Under the pieces are notes generated by a model, which worked only from the letters and a program-made list of their open reading frames with translations, was not told the DNA's origin and ran no database searches. A program made the position numbers and the translations under genes. This document shows positions 40,178-53,319 of a stretch of 64,000 nucleotides of DNA, piece by piece (position 1 is the stretch's first letter; each line of letters opens with the position of its first letter). This stretch comes from Octopus sinensis (taxonomy: Eukaryota). Location: positions 15,066,001 to 15,130,000 of the forward strand of contig NC_042998.1 of the NCBI RefSeq assembly GCF_006345805.1, in the 5' to 3' direction.

Positions 40178-40702
40178 TTTCAAATGTTGGTACAAAGCCA
40201 GTAAGCTCAGGGGCTGGTTAAAGCTAGAAGTCGATGTGCAAATGAATAAACTAGAAAAATAATTGGTGGGTTAATCTTTCTTTAGGGGTACCATGGTGTA
40301 TAAATAATAAGAAAATAAAACTAGCACTTTAGTATAACTTTATTCACTAATAGGTCTAAGGAAAGAATAGTACTTATGATTTTGTAAATAATGCTAACTA
40401 ATTAGCACTATTTACGAAATAATTACGAAATCAGCCAAATCTTTCCTTTTCTGGGGAAAGGAGCCGTTTACGTGTGATTTCGATGTCACATTGGTTGAAA
40501 GCATGCGAAGTAAACTGGAAACCAAACAAAAGAAAACTCACGAAACAAAACTCCGTTGGTGGAAAACTCAGAGCTTCCCAGGAAACTCCGAGGTAACCAT
40601 AGCTCTTTCCCCTTTCTTTTCCGAACGAAAGTGGCTTGCAGTGTGCTTGGAGGTGAGATACGTTGAAGGCGCTCGAAAAAAACTTGTGGAAAAAAACTCT
40701 AA

Positions 40703-41058
40703 ATTCACTCGAAAAGCCCTGCACGAAATTTTTATGAAATTTTTAGCCAAGATTGGGACAGGCATGAAAATAGAAGGATCGATGAGACTGATAAAGCAAG
40801 GGCTGGGCGTCTGGCGGAACAGAGAGAAAGAGACAGAAGCAGGAGAGACCAGAAATCGGACACTCGGAGAGCTAAGCGTCTGGTGAAAAAGAGGGAAAGA
40901 GACAAGAGCAGAAGACGTCACGAATCGGATGCTCATGTGAATACAAACAGGATAAAACAAGTTTTGCGTAAATCGGACCACGGATTCCCGAGACACAGGT
41001 TTTTTTTGGGTACCTTGAACTATTAGTGACACAGCGAAGCACGGGTAGTCTAGTCTAG
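40703..41058 (+). mobile_element. Helitron-like remnant: ATG-less open frame with 23-aa STPR-type repeats, followed by a CTAG-ended terminus
   Basis: The frame 40703-41026 reads ...ETDKARAGRLAEQRERDRSRRDQ / KSDTRRAKRLVKKRERDKSRRRH / ESDAH, with 69-bp DNA repeats at 40784, 40853 and 40922. Downstream is acagcgaagcacgggtagtCTAGtCTAGt (41050-41058). Confidence 0.5.
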
Positions 41059-41066
41059 TACACATA

Positions 41067-41117
<51 letters not shown>

Positions 41118-41669
41118 ACCTTCGAAACACGCATTAAGTCGAACCAGGGGCAGCTGATGAAGGGGAATTTTCCTTGTATTGTTGGTCCTGTACTCTGTTT
41201 TTTCGTTGTTAAAAAAAGTCCCTTTCCTTGTTTGATTTTATGTTTTCGTTTCTCGTTGTGTTCTACGTTTATTTGTGGTGTCCTGTACTCATATATGCAT
41301 GTATATATACATATAAATGTAAGTATGTACATATATGTATGTATATATGCATATGTTTTATTTATTATATTATTATATATATATACATATACATTGCAGC
41401 TTTTCCTAAAGGCCCTGGTAGAATTTTTATCTTGGCCACGAGATTATTTAACAATTTAAGGTGTTTTAAACAGTGACAATTGCAAGTAGGTCATGTTATT
41501 AAAAATGTCCCTCTGTTCTATGGAATCTGAGGAGTTTGGTTGCAGACAAATTGTTTTCACTGGATTGAAAGTCAAAATGCTGTCCAGACTCCGGTGGTGA
41601 CTTAACACATACATACATACATACATACATACATACATGCATACATACATACATACATACATACATACA

Positions 41670-41703
<34 letters not shown>

Positions 41704-42762
41704 CATACATACATACATACATATATGCATACATGCATACCTACATACATACAATTCCAACGATGGAGTTTTGCATTTTTGTTAGCATCGAGGATTTTCA
41801 GAGGAAGAATTTCAATGATTAAATGCAGAAATACATACATACATACATATATACATACATACATACATACATACATACATACATACATACATACATACAT
41901 ACATACGCACACACACACACCAATGATAAGTAATAATGCCTTCGAAATTTCCTTTCACTGCTGTACAAAATGTACGAGACACATCACTATGTGAACATTT
42001 CTGATTTCATCCAGTCCTTCTAGTTTGATTTCTTCTATTAATGGTAGAGGTACTTCAGAATGGTAAATAAGCATTGACTTCATCTTGAATTGAAATGGCC
42101 AGATGCATTACGTAAAATTCCTGTGTTAAAAGGATCTTTTCTTCCCTTCAGTCCAGAAACATTAATATTCATTTCGGGAGCAGTAAGTGTTGGATTGAAT
42201 TCATTCCCAGAAAAAAAGGGCCTGTTTCTTCTTAAACTAAATGGAAAATTAGAAAGCGCAGTTGCCAGGCTCCATAAAATTCTTAAGAACCTTGGAGAAT
42301 TCTATGGTCGCCGGGTGTTTTCATAATTCTGTTTCACCGGAGATACGTATGGCTGGTTATGTTGTTTAAGGCACCGTTTGGAACAACGGAAACAAAATCT
42401 ATTTGCTGTGAATGATTTTCAATTATTTCCTGCTGCCAAGTTGTTGTAGAAGACTTGAGTTTTATTTATTATGATGAGTTGCCTTAATGTCATGCCTCGT
42501 TACGTTTCATTGTTTACTCATATATCAAACATAAATACTACATTTTTTTTTCTTTTTGCAAATATTTTCTTGAACAAATTAGCTTTTTTGTTGATAACAA
42601 TTACGTAGTCGTTGCGGACACTGTTATTTTGCGGGCATTTTTCATGAAGCTTGTAATCGCGGATATGAACAAGTTCATAAAATTAATCTCAAAACCTTGA
42701 CCTTCACCAGATTCAAATCAGTTCAATATTTGCTGTTTTACATCTATTATGATATTTTTACA

Positions 42763-43075
42763 TGGCTTAGTGGTTAGGGTACTCAGCTTATGATCGTAAG
42801 GTCGTGAGTTCAATTCCCGGTGACGCGTTGTGTCCTTAAGCAAGACACTTAATTTCACGTCGCTCCAGTCCACTCAGCTGATAAAATTAAGTAGTACCTG
42901 TATTTCAAAGGGCCAGCCTTGTCACATTCTGTGTCACGCTGAATCCCCCTGAGGACTACGTTAAAAGTAAGCGTGTCTGTGGAGTGCTTAGACACTTGCA
43001 CGTTAAATTCAAGAGCAAGCTTTTCCGTCGATCGCATCAGCCGGAACACTCATCGTCGAAACTGATGGAGTACCA
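42763..43075 (+). mobile_element. tRNA-derived SINE family D with tail type 1
   Basis: tggcttagtggttagggt...gtgagttcaattcccgg...gtgtccttaagcaagacac...cctgtatttcaaagggccagccttgtcac. Confidence 0.85.
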
Positions 43076-43338
43076 GTTGTTGATACTTATCCTCGTCATA
43101 TTAAAAGAACTTTCAGCATTTGAAGTTGCAGGCTTTTGTCCACGCACGATGGTTAAAAAGCAGTATGAACAATTGTGAAGTATGTACGTCTATGAACAAG
43201 TATGTACTACAGATTCGTGGCTCCTTACATTATTTCGCTTATTAATACAAGCATAAACATCTTCACCGAGAAGCAGGCTGCATGTGACATTGCTTGTCAT
43301 CAGACGGTCTGCAGGTTAAAGAATTCAAGTTAATTTTA

Positions 43339-43903
43339 TTGGGTTGTCCGGAAAGTTCGTGCTGATTTTTAAAGGAAAGAAAACGGTCAATAAATACTTG
43401 CCATTACATTTTTAATCAACCAAATATAAACCAATTTATTGCACAATGCGTCTCTATCTTTCCTTTAACTTGAAAATACCCTCTTCCAGAATTGAGGTGG
43501 TTCCGTGGCAAAGAATTTATCAAGGTATCTTTTTACGTCATCCAAGGAATTGAAATTTTTACCATTAAGACTATTCTGCAGAGACCTGAATAAGTGTAAA
43601 TCTGAAGCAGCAATATCTGGTGAATATGGAGGGTGGGGTAACACATCCCAGCCGAGCTGCAGCAATTTTTGTCTAGTTCCCAAAGCATCAAGTACCGAAA
43701 ATGAACTTTCTTATCTTCCATTTTAAAGGGTTACAGAATTAACACAGGTTATAGGAAAATAAACCTTCTACTACGAAAAGATAGCTTAAACTGTGCTCTA
43801 AATAGAGGTGTAGTTAAATCTTATTTTATGGACTCAACCATGTTCTAAAATAAGTCGAAATGTAAGCTACTATAAATCGGCACAAACTTTCCGGACAACC
43901 GAA
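43339..43903 (-). mobile_element. Internally deleted mariner (565 bp)
   Basis: TA-flanked TIRs ttgggttgtccggaaagttcgtgctgattt and (reverse complement) ttcggttgtccggaaagtttgtgccgattt. The N-terminus MEDKKVHFRYLMLW is joined to LGWDVLPHPPYSPDIAASDLHLFRSL (mariner YSPDLAPxD motif). A solo end lies at ~44366-44406. Confidence 0.92.
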
Positions 43904-43929
43904 TATATATACCTATATATATATATATA

Positions 43930-44330
43930 AGTTTCAAATGTTGGTACAAAGCCAGCAAGCTCAGGGGCGGGTTAAGTCGATTATATCGATCCCAGTGTCC
44001 AACTGGTATTTATTATATCGTCTCGAAAGAATGACCGACAGAGTCGGTCTCGACGAAATTTGAACTGATAACGTAAAGTCGGACGAAACGCCGCGAGGCG
44101 TTTAGCCCGATTCTTTTGTACTCTAGGGAGAAGGTCCGAAATTTTTAGGGAGGGGGGCCAGTCGATTAGATCGACCCCAGTACGCGATTGATAATTAATT
44201 TTTCGAACCACGAAAGGATGAAAGGTAAAGTCGACCTCGGCGAAATTTGAACTCAGAACGTAAAAACAGACGAAATATCGCTAAGCATTTTGGAGGGCAT
44301 GCTAACGTTACTGCCAGCTCACTACCCTAG
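43930..44330 (-). mobile_element. Two tandem SINE family C copies
   Basis: ttaagtcgattatatcgatcccag...aatttgaactg and gtcgattagatcgaccccag...aaaggtaaagtcgacctcggcgaaatttgaactcagaacg. Confidence 0.85.
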
Positions 44331-44904
44331 AATATGCACATACTGGTGTTTGTTTTCTGCCAGCTAAGCTACTATAAATCGTCACAATCTTTCTGGATGA
44401 CCCAATATATTAGGCCTGCCATGCAGGAAGTTCCGCGGGCCGCAGTTTGCCCGTGACTGTTCCAGGAAGACACTCATTCTTTAATAATTATATTTTGTAG
44501 GAAAACACTTTCCATTTCGCTTGTAATTTCGTGAGGCAACAGGTTGTAAAATACATAAGAAGTTATTCGAGATTCTTCTAATTTATTTTTTTAGTCTTTT
44601 GTCATATTTTTCACATTCTTAGAAGTTGTTTGCATTGCAAATTCTATTCTCCCATCAACTTTCAGCAATCTTCCTATGGAACGAAATCAAAGATATGAAG
44701 TAGCAAGAGACAGAGTGAGACGGTGCAATCAAAGGATGAGATGTGAAGAAAGTAAAATAAGAGATCGCTCAAGACAATATCAATGGATAAAAAAAGCGCC
44801 AACAGTGACTGAGCAGGAACTTAGAGGGTACCTATGGCGTCAAACCTGATAAAAAAATAAAGTCAACAGACACAAAGGGTGAGAAGCAGGGTGAACGTAT
44901 GAGA

Positions 44905-45226
44905 TAACATTGCGAGAGAAAGAGAGAGAGAGGGGGGAGAAAGAGAAGGAAAGAGAGAGAAGGAGAGAGGGAGCGAGTGAAAGAGAGAGAAGGAAGTAGA
45001 GAGAGAAAGAGAAAGAGGAGCGAGAGAGAGCGAGAGAGAAGGAAAGCCAGAGAGGAGCGAGAGAGAAGGAAAGAGAGAGAAGGAAAGAGAGAGAAGGAAA
45101 GAGAGAGAAGGAGAGAGAGAGAGAGAAAGAGAGAGGCGAGACAGTGAGAGAGAAGGAGCAAGTGAAAGAGAGAGGGAAGAGAGGTAGAGGGAGAAGGAGA
45201 GAGAGGGAGCGAGAGAGAAAGAGAGT

Positions 45227-45274
<48 letters not shown>

Positions 45275-45287
45275 GATAGATAGAGAG

Positions 45288-45338
<51 letters not shown>

Positions 45339-45345
45339 AAGAGAA
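44905..45345. repeat. Purine-rich (GA/GGA) tract plus (GATA)n
   Basis: Direct reading. Confidence 0.9.
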
Positions 45346-45567
45346 GATGAAGGAAAGTTTATGACGAAATATCGAAATATCACGAAGAATATGGAGAAAC
45401 GATCAGGGAAATATGAAGGAAGAACCGTTGCTTAATTTGAGAAATATTCATAGAAGAAGGCAAGTCATTGCTGCTAAGATACGATACGAGAAAGAGAAAA
45501 AACATATCTCATTCCTTCTTTTTCTACCTCATTATCTCAAAAAAATTTTTTAACATGTTGAAGCAAT

Positions 45568-45985
45568 AGTGCAGGAGGGGCTATGTGGTAAGTAGCTCGT
45601 TAACCAACCACATGGTTTCGGGTTGAGTCCCACTGCGTGGCATCTTGGGCAAGTGTCTTCTGCTATAGCCCCGGGCCGATCAATGCCTTGTGAGTGGATT
45701 TGGTAGATGGAAACTGAAAGAAGCCTGTCGTATATATGTATATATATACATATGTATGTGTGTCTGTGTGTTTGTGTGTCTGTGTTTGTCCCCCTAGCAT
45801 TGCTTGACAACCAATGCTGGTGTGTTTACGTCCCCGTCACTTAGCGGTTCGGCAAAAGGGACTGATAGAATAAGTACTGGGCTTACAAAGAATAAGTCCT
45901 GGGGTCGATTTGCTCGACTAAAGGCGGTGCTCCAGCATGGCCGCAGTCAAATGACTGAAATAAGTAAAAGAATAAAAAGAGTAAG
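45568..45985 (+). mobile_element. Full-length SINE family B
   Basis: gtgcaggaggggctatgtggtaagtagc...ggcggtgctccagcatggccgcagtcaaatgactgaaataagtaaaaga. Confidence 0.92.
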
Positions 45986-46407
45986 AGTAATATTGTGAAG
46001 ATCCATAAAATGACGCATCGGAATGGAAGCAGAAAGAAAAACAGAAAAAGGAGAAAAGGGAAAAGTTTTAAAACGTGGAATTTCCTCGAAGCTTATTTGT
46101 TATATTAGTGTGGTGCTAACGCATTGAAAATTTTGTCCCTAGGGGAAGAAAAAAAAAGGGTGCTATTGTGCACAGACTGAATCAGCGGTAAACAGGATAA
46201 GCATGAGTGGAGCATCACTGTATAAGTGGGGATCTCTACACAGACACACACACACAGACACATACACACATACACACACACACACACACACACGCAAACA
46301 TGGGTTGTACCGAAAGGAATCTAAACAGGAGCATAAACGCGGTTGTGGCTGTGTTATGAGAAGTTTGCCTCCCAATCACATGGTTATTTACATGCATGCA
46401 TCCATAT

Positions 46408-46489
<82 letters not shown>

Positions 46490-46569
46490 AAACGGCGGTG
46501 CATCAGCATGGCCGCAGCTCTGAGTTGAAACTAGAGAGAAAAAAAGATATATATATATATATAAATTAA

Positions 46570-47020
46570 ATTAGAGATAAAACCACTGTTAGGCAAATCA
46601 AACAGTGAAAAACATAAACCAAAACATAAAAATAATTAATATAGTTTACAAAATTTATAAAATATAAAATTTAAAATTTAAATTATTTAAATTTAAAATT
46701 ATTAACTTACATTTATATTTATATTTACATATTTTTTTTAATAATTATATCTAACTATCCAAAAGTATTAAAAAGTTTATTATAAGATAAGTAAAACCAC
46801 TACGTACGTTTCATGGCCATAACCTAATTCGAATTACAATAATTTAAATTCAATTATAAATTCGAATTATGGTTATAGTCAATCTTCAGGTTAATGATAA
46901 TAGTTAAATAAACAAGCAAATATATTTAAACAATATTATTCAAGAAATAAATAAAATAACAATCTTTCTTATAAAAAATTTATTATCAAAGTAGAAACTT
47001 TAATGATTATGATTATGTCA
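46570..47020 (-). mobile_element. (TA)n-flanked, ORF-less, AT-rich element carrying a hammerhead-like motif (Penelope-like/retrozyme-type, inferred)
   Basis: (TA)n on both sides; taaaaccact is directly repeated at 46578 and 46792; the hammerhead core lies at 46801-46889. Confidence 0.55.
46792..46895 (-). ncRNA. Hammerhead-like motif with a very long stem II
   Basis: Minus strand: CTGAAGA t[tgactataacc-a-taattcgaatt...aattcgaatta-ggttatggcca]t GAAA cgtacg TA gtgg. Stem III is a palindrome and the triplet is GUA. The base of stem II is U-U and stem I is weak. Confidence 0.5.
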
Positions 47021-47047
47021 TACAATCCAATTATAATGTGTATATAT

Positions 47048-47381
47048 AGCGCCATGGACTCCAAATTTGCCATCAAGATGTAGGACAAGATACTGCAATA
47101 GCCTGGTCTTCAGAGATCCACAGCTCATCAGTATACTCCCGAAGAACCTGAGAGACTTGCATGGGGTGGATGTAGATGTCTTCAAAATAAAGCTGGACTT
47201 CTTGTCAAGTGTCCCAGATGAACCAACTTCGCGGCATGAGATGCAGACGAGGGCAGCTGCATCAAACTCTCTCATGCATCAAATGTCAATTCCTGAAAAG
47301 CATTCGTGAAGTTAAATTATGTAGCAACAGAAAATGGCGGTGCCCCAGCTTGGCCACAGCTCGTGAGCTGAAACTAGATAA
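47048..47381 (+). mobile_element. 5'-truncated CR1-group LINE: ORF2 C-terminus plus 3'UTR
   Basis: RYCNSLVFRDPQLISILPKNLRDLHGVDVDVFKIKLD..LSSVPDEP...RAAASNSL resembles the CR1 ORF2 end (FNxLPxxLR...FKxxLDxxLxxxPDxP...SNSL). The 3' end is ggcggtgccccagc...ctgaaactagata. Confidence 0.8.
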
Positions 47382-47406
47382 CATATAAAAAAATAAATAA
47401 AAAATC

Positions 47407-47407
<1 letters not shown>

Positions 47408-47454
<47 letters not shown>

Positions 47455-47462
47455 AGATGATG

Positions 47463-47493
<31 letters not shown>

Positions 47494-47494
47494 A

Positions 47495-47587
<93 letters not shown>

Positions 47588-47590
47588 TAA
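47408..47590. repeat. (GAT)n/(AAT)n microsatellite
   Basis: Direct reading. Confidence 0.95.
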
Positions 47591-48009
47591 ATAGTGTCAC
47601 AATAAGGTATCGATTTTTGCTGGAAATAACAGTCGATAACCATTCGACATTAGGTAAAGCTTTACTGAATATATAGAGGGAAAGATGTGTTCGGTTGACA
47701 AACATAAAAAGATTTCATCTTAAACTCTAGAAGAACGCCAGTGAAATGGACAACCTAGAACTCGAATTTCGAACTTTTCAGATTACGTTTGTTGTCGTAA
47801 AACTGGTTGGTCCTCGTCGGCTAGGTCTACCGAAAAGATTAACATTAAGATATCCGCTTTGCCAATGCTTGTATACTCGGCCCTCAGCCATAAACAAAAC
47901 CGAGATCAGTGGAAAAGATTTATTTAAAAGTTATAAATACTATTTCAACACAATAGTATTATTTTCCAGCGAAATAAAACGCCATAAAGGTAGAATTATA
48001 TGTATGCAT

Positions 48010-48330
48010 GTGGAGGTGCAATGGCCCAGGAGTTAGGACAGCGGAGTCTTGGTCGGAGGATCGCGGTTTCGATTCCCAGACCGGGCATTGTGTGTGTTTA
48101 TTGAGCGAAAACACCTAAAGCTCCACGAGACTCCAGCAGGGGATGGTGGTGACCCCTGTTGTACTTTTCGCTCCAACTTTCTCTCACTCTTTCTTCCTGT
48201 TTCTTGAGTAACGCTGCGATGGACTGGCGTCCCGTCCAGCTGGCGGCGGGGGGAGGGGGGGACACATAAACCATAGAAACAGGGAAACCGGGCACATGAG
48301 CCTGGCTAGGCTTGAAAAGAGCACATAAGT
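48010..48330 (+). mobile_element. SINE family A with tail type 3
   Basis: Family A head, then ctgcgatggactggcgtcccgtccag...ccatagaaacagggaaaccggg...cttgaaaagagcacataa. Confidence 0.85.
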
Positions 48331-48484
48331 AAAAAAAATGTATGTATGTGTGTATATATGTATGTATATATGGTATGTATGTATGTATGTATGTATGTAT
48401 ATATGTATGTATGTATTCATGTGTGTGTCTGTGTTTGTGTGCGCGTCCGTGTGTATGTTTGTGTCTGTATGTGCGCCCGCGTGT

Positions 48485-48680
48485 GTGTTTGTGTCTGTGT
48501 TTGTCCCGTCCACTGCTTGATAAATTTGTTGGTGTGTTTACATGTCACTAACCTAGCGGTTCGGCAAAAGTAATCGAGAGAATAAGTACCAGGATTAGAA
48601 CAATATAAAACAGCGGGATCGATTTCGTCCGACTTAAAATTCAAGGAATTTAATGACCGAAATAAACAAAGGATAAAACA
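48485..48680 (+). mobile_element. Diverged SINE family B 3' half
   Basis: gtctgtgtttgtccc...agcggttcggcaaaag...agaataagtacc. Confidence 0.7.
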
Positions 48681-49346
48681 TGAAAGTTAGCTGACATAGC
48701 GAGTTCGAACTACTGCAAGACCATGGTTCGTTTGAGCAATAGGCTCACCAATTATGACCGGTCTGTGCGTGCAAATCAATTCGTTCATTCTCTGTCGATT
48801 CGTGTCATTGACCGCAGTTGGAAGTCTCCTGTTGCGTGATTTAATTCTTTTTTCTTTCTAGCGGTGTCATTTTCGTAAACAACCTATATCTTTCTGTGGA
48901 TGCTGTAGAAGATGCAGTACTTCATCATGAACTCAAGAAACAAGCACGTTGCTTCTCCTTCGAACCCATTATTTTGCTCTGATACGCAAGAGCAGGAAGA
49001 AGAGGAATTACTGGAGGGGAAGATTTTAGTCTACGAGCACGTGTAATTTGAACGAAATTTGTCAGTTAATAAAATAGTTGTGCCCACTTTTTCGTCACTT
49101 TGGGGACATCGTTAATGGGCGCGTAGGTATATGCACACACACAACACACACACACACACACACACACGCACGCACACACACACAGGCACACGCAAGAACA
49201 CGCGTGCACACACGCATATACGACAACGTGTGTTTAACGATATCGGATAATCTGCTCGATACAGTGCTACAGTTTTATACACATACATAAATACAAGTAT
49301 ACTTACATATATACATTTTACTTATATATATACATTATATACTTAT

Positions 49347-49480
<134 letters not shown>

Positions 49481-49725
49481 ATTCAGAATATCTTTTAGTA
49501 TTTACTAACAAAACCTAGTGCTCCAATTATTATTGGTATGAATAGGATTCATAATCTGGATATAAAAGCTGGATGTTCCGAAGCAGTTGTCGATAGATAT
49601 CCTCTTTTTCTTTGATTTTTATAAAGATACTTATATCTGCAGGGAGGCTTACTCCTATGTATGTATGTATGTATGTATGTATGTATGTATGTATGTATGT
49701 ATGTATGTATGTATGTATGTGTCTG

Positions 49726-49790
<65 letters not shown>

Positions 49791-50470
49791 TAAGTATATT
49801 CTGTATCCTTATACAAAATGGAGAAAGCTGCTTATTAATTAGGTATGCAACATCATTAAAAGTATTAAAAGACAGCAACTATTAAAAAGTTGACCGTCTG
49901 GAAATATTTTTATAAATTCATATTCTAAGAACTTTCCTATAATTATGATTTCTCAAGTTTCTTGAATTTTTAAATTCCAATTTCTAGCAAATTTAAATAT
50001 TCATTGCATTCACTACGTCCAGTTCACAAATTAAAATATTCTTTACATTCATTGCAGAGTATTCCATTCTCATTTGCAAAGTCTCTCACTTTCTCTTTTA
50101 AGTTTCAGTCGCTATTTAGAAAACCGACTGTTTAGTCTATTAACGTAATATATTATTTATTATTCTATTAATACACTATCTAAGCGGTATTTGTAGAAAC
50201 TTTTGCTAAAAGTATCCATTTCTCTGGATGCCATAAAGCAACAAAGATGGGGGCATATACATCTGGAGTATGCCCTTTTATTTTTCCTGTTTATTTAATT
50301 CATTATATATGTTCTCCCCCCTCTCTCACACACAATACAAAGCTTACAGAAGGGACGCTGAACTGAAATCTCTGTTGCTTTGAGGAGAAGTCAAGACTTG
50401 ACAAACTGCTTCTCCCTCTGTTATGGACTACAATGATGTTTGTTAAAAAAAGGGACATATATACTGATGC

Positions 50471-50541
<71 letters not shown>

Positions 50542-50577
50542 TATACCACATACACACACATACACACATATAATATA

Positions 50578-50616
<39 letters not shown>

Positions 50617-51280
50617 TCAATACAGTTTGATTCAAATTCATGGGTATGCTTGAGTTTAAGCGCTATGCTATTCTTCCAATTAAAAATGGCTGACGATTAG
50701 CATCGCTCTTAAAACTCAAGAGTACCAAGGAATTTGAATCAAACTGTTTTGATCCAAACATGTCACTCTCAATAAATTGGTTCAGTAGCCTTGCCTTCCC
50801 CACACCCCAACACCACCACACCACACATCACCACCCCACACACCACCACCCTACCAACCCAACACACCACATACCACAACTGTTATACACTGCACACCAC
50901 CACACCAAATACCAACATGCACACACGTACACGTCCAGTTCGCCAGCCCCCTTCCACATGCACGTACACCCTCTCACATGCACACGCACACCTTCGTTTT
51001 GGGATCACCACTACTTTATTATCTCCTCTTCTTCCTAGCTCTCATGTGTGACCCCTCTGTCCGCCATTCGCCATGATAGATCGCAAGTCACTAAAACTTA
51101 TTCTATTTTCTCTCCCTGTTTATTTCTGTGTTCCTTTCTGCCGAAGAGCGTAGGCTCGAAACCTAAAAGACTTTCTCACTTCCCGACCGTTAAGCTAATA
51201 AATGTGTTTGTTGTTTACACAACCCGTCTTCGTCTTTTGTTTTTTTTTTTGTAAATTCTCACTTATATTATATATATATA

Positions 51281-51331
<51 letters not shown>

Positions 51332-51499
51332 AAAGACATATATATACACATATATGTATGTATATTTAACACACACACTATATATATATGTTCATTCACA
51401 TACGCAAAGACTTATACACATGCTTGCATTTATATATGTATGTGGCATATATATACATATGTATATATGTGTTTGTATGCATATATATATATTATATAT

Positions 51500-51550
<51 letters not shown>

Positions 51551-52168
51551 GCATGCACGTATAAATGCAGATATGTGTATAAATCTTTGCGTATGTATAT
51601 AGCTGTGTGTAGCAACAATTTTTTTTGTCATCAATTTAAGGAAAACGTTTTCCTAATGGAGAATAAGCGCTCAGTCACTGAAGTGTAGATAAGAAAACAG
51701 TGACGGATTACATGTTGAAAATCGGAAAAGTCTTGCATATTTTAACTGTTTTATTGATTGTAGTTGTAAAGTGCATATTGGCGTGTATACATGTATGTAT
51801 TTACATATATGCCTGCATGTAGTACGCTGGCGTTTTGTGTTTGTGTGTACGTTGGTTTGTGTATGAATGTTTTTCTATATATGAGAATGTGTGTAAAACA
51901 TTCTGATGTCGAATTGCATGTAATATATATATATATATATATATATAAAAAAACAGGAAAAAAACCCGCAAAAAATGAAAAGAAAGCATAAAACAGAAAT
52001 AGCAACACTAAGAAATAGTAAATATTTTTAAATGTAAGAAGAAGTAGAAGAAGAAGAGGGGCATAGCAACAACAACCGCTGCTACTGTTGCTGCTGGTGC
52101 TGCTGCTATTACTCTTACTACTACACCTACTACTACTTCTACTACTACTACTACTACTACTACTACTA

Positions 52169-52216
<48 letters not shown>

Positions 52217-53319
52217 ATTGATCTTTTAGCTGTTAGTAAATAGCAACTTTAGACATAATAGGTCAATAAGTTGAAATTTTCTCATCTCTATCAGTCGTTT
52301 ACTTCCTATCACACACACACACCCACCCTAACTCTCCTTTCTCTATCTCTCTCCTTCCTCGCGCTCCTCCTCTCTCTCCATCTATTCTTCGATGTCTACT
52401 TTCATTTCCCTCTAACTCTCATCCATCACGCCTTCTACCTCTCTCCCGTCTCTCCCCCTCTCTGTCTGTCTCTCTGTCTTTCTCTGTCTCTCACTCACAG
52501 AGTTTCTTCCTTCCCTCCTCTCTTCCTATCATAATCGATTCCTTATACCTTGATGTCTGTTTCGATTCAGCTCTCGCTCTCATCCATCACATTCTCCATC
52601 TGTCTGCATCTCTCCCAACTTCCCCCTCTCTCTCTCTCATTCTCTCTCTTTCAAACTTTTCTTTTCTAAATGTTTCTTTCTAAATATCTCTCTCACTCCT
52701 CTTACTCTCTCTCTCTCTCTTTCTCTTTCTCACTCCCACTGCCTCTCCTTCCATCTAGAAATCGCTTTCATTCTAACCTATCACAACCTGACCCCTCCTT
52801 TCTTCACATCTCTCTTTCACATTCTCTTTCTATTCTACTTCACTGCTTCCGTTTCGCTCACACTCTCGCATCCACCTCTCTTACACTCATCATATTTCTC
52901 ACACTCTTACCCCCCACTCTCTCTCTCTCATTTGTGTCTCACACTCTCTACTCACACCTGTCCCTCTATCATATATTGTATACGTCTGCGTTTTTATTGC
53001 ATGCGACGATTGAATAATATCACAGTGATATTTCATTTGCTTATCGTTGCTTCATCATTTAGCCTTCACCTCGAACACCTTCGACACACATACTCGCCGC
53101 CGCCGCACTACTATCGTTCTCTGTCTTTCCGCTCATGTATTATTGGTGTATCGAGTTATCTAGTGAGCTGGTGTCAACACTAACTTGTCTATTGATAATT
53201 GCATTTGCTAGAGAATTATCGCAAAACTTTAAATTCTGCCGCTGTCTTGCTGCATTGGTTAATTAATCAACATGCAGTTCCCTTTTTGCTCACAGAACCG
53301 CCTTTGTATTTTTTTACTC

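Noticed and set aside
40491-41332. Listed ORFs 40491-40886 (+) and 40568-41332 (-) as genes
   Set aside because: Neither resembles a protein family, and the minus ORF crosses a microsatellite. The periodic signal lies in a different plus frame (40703-41026).
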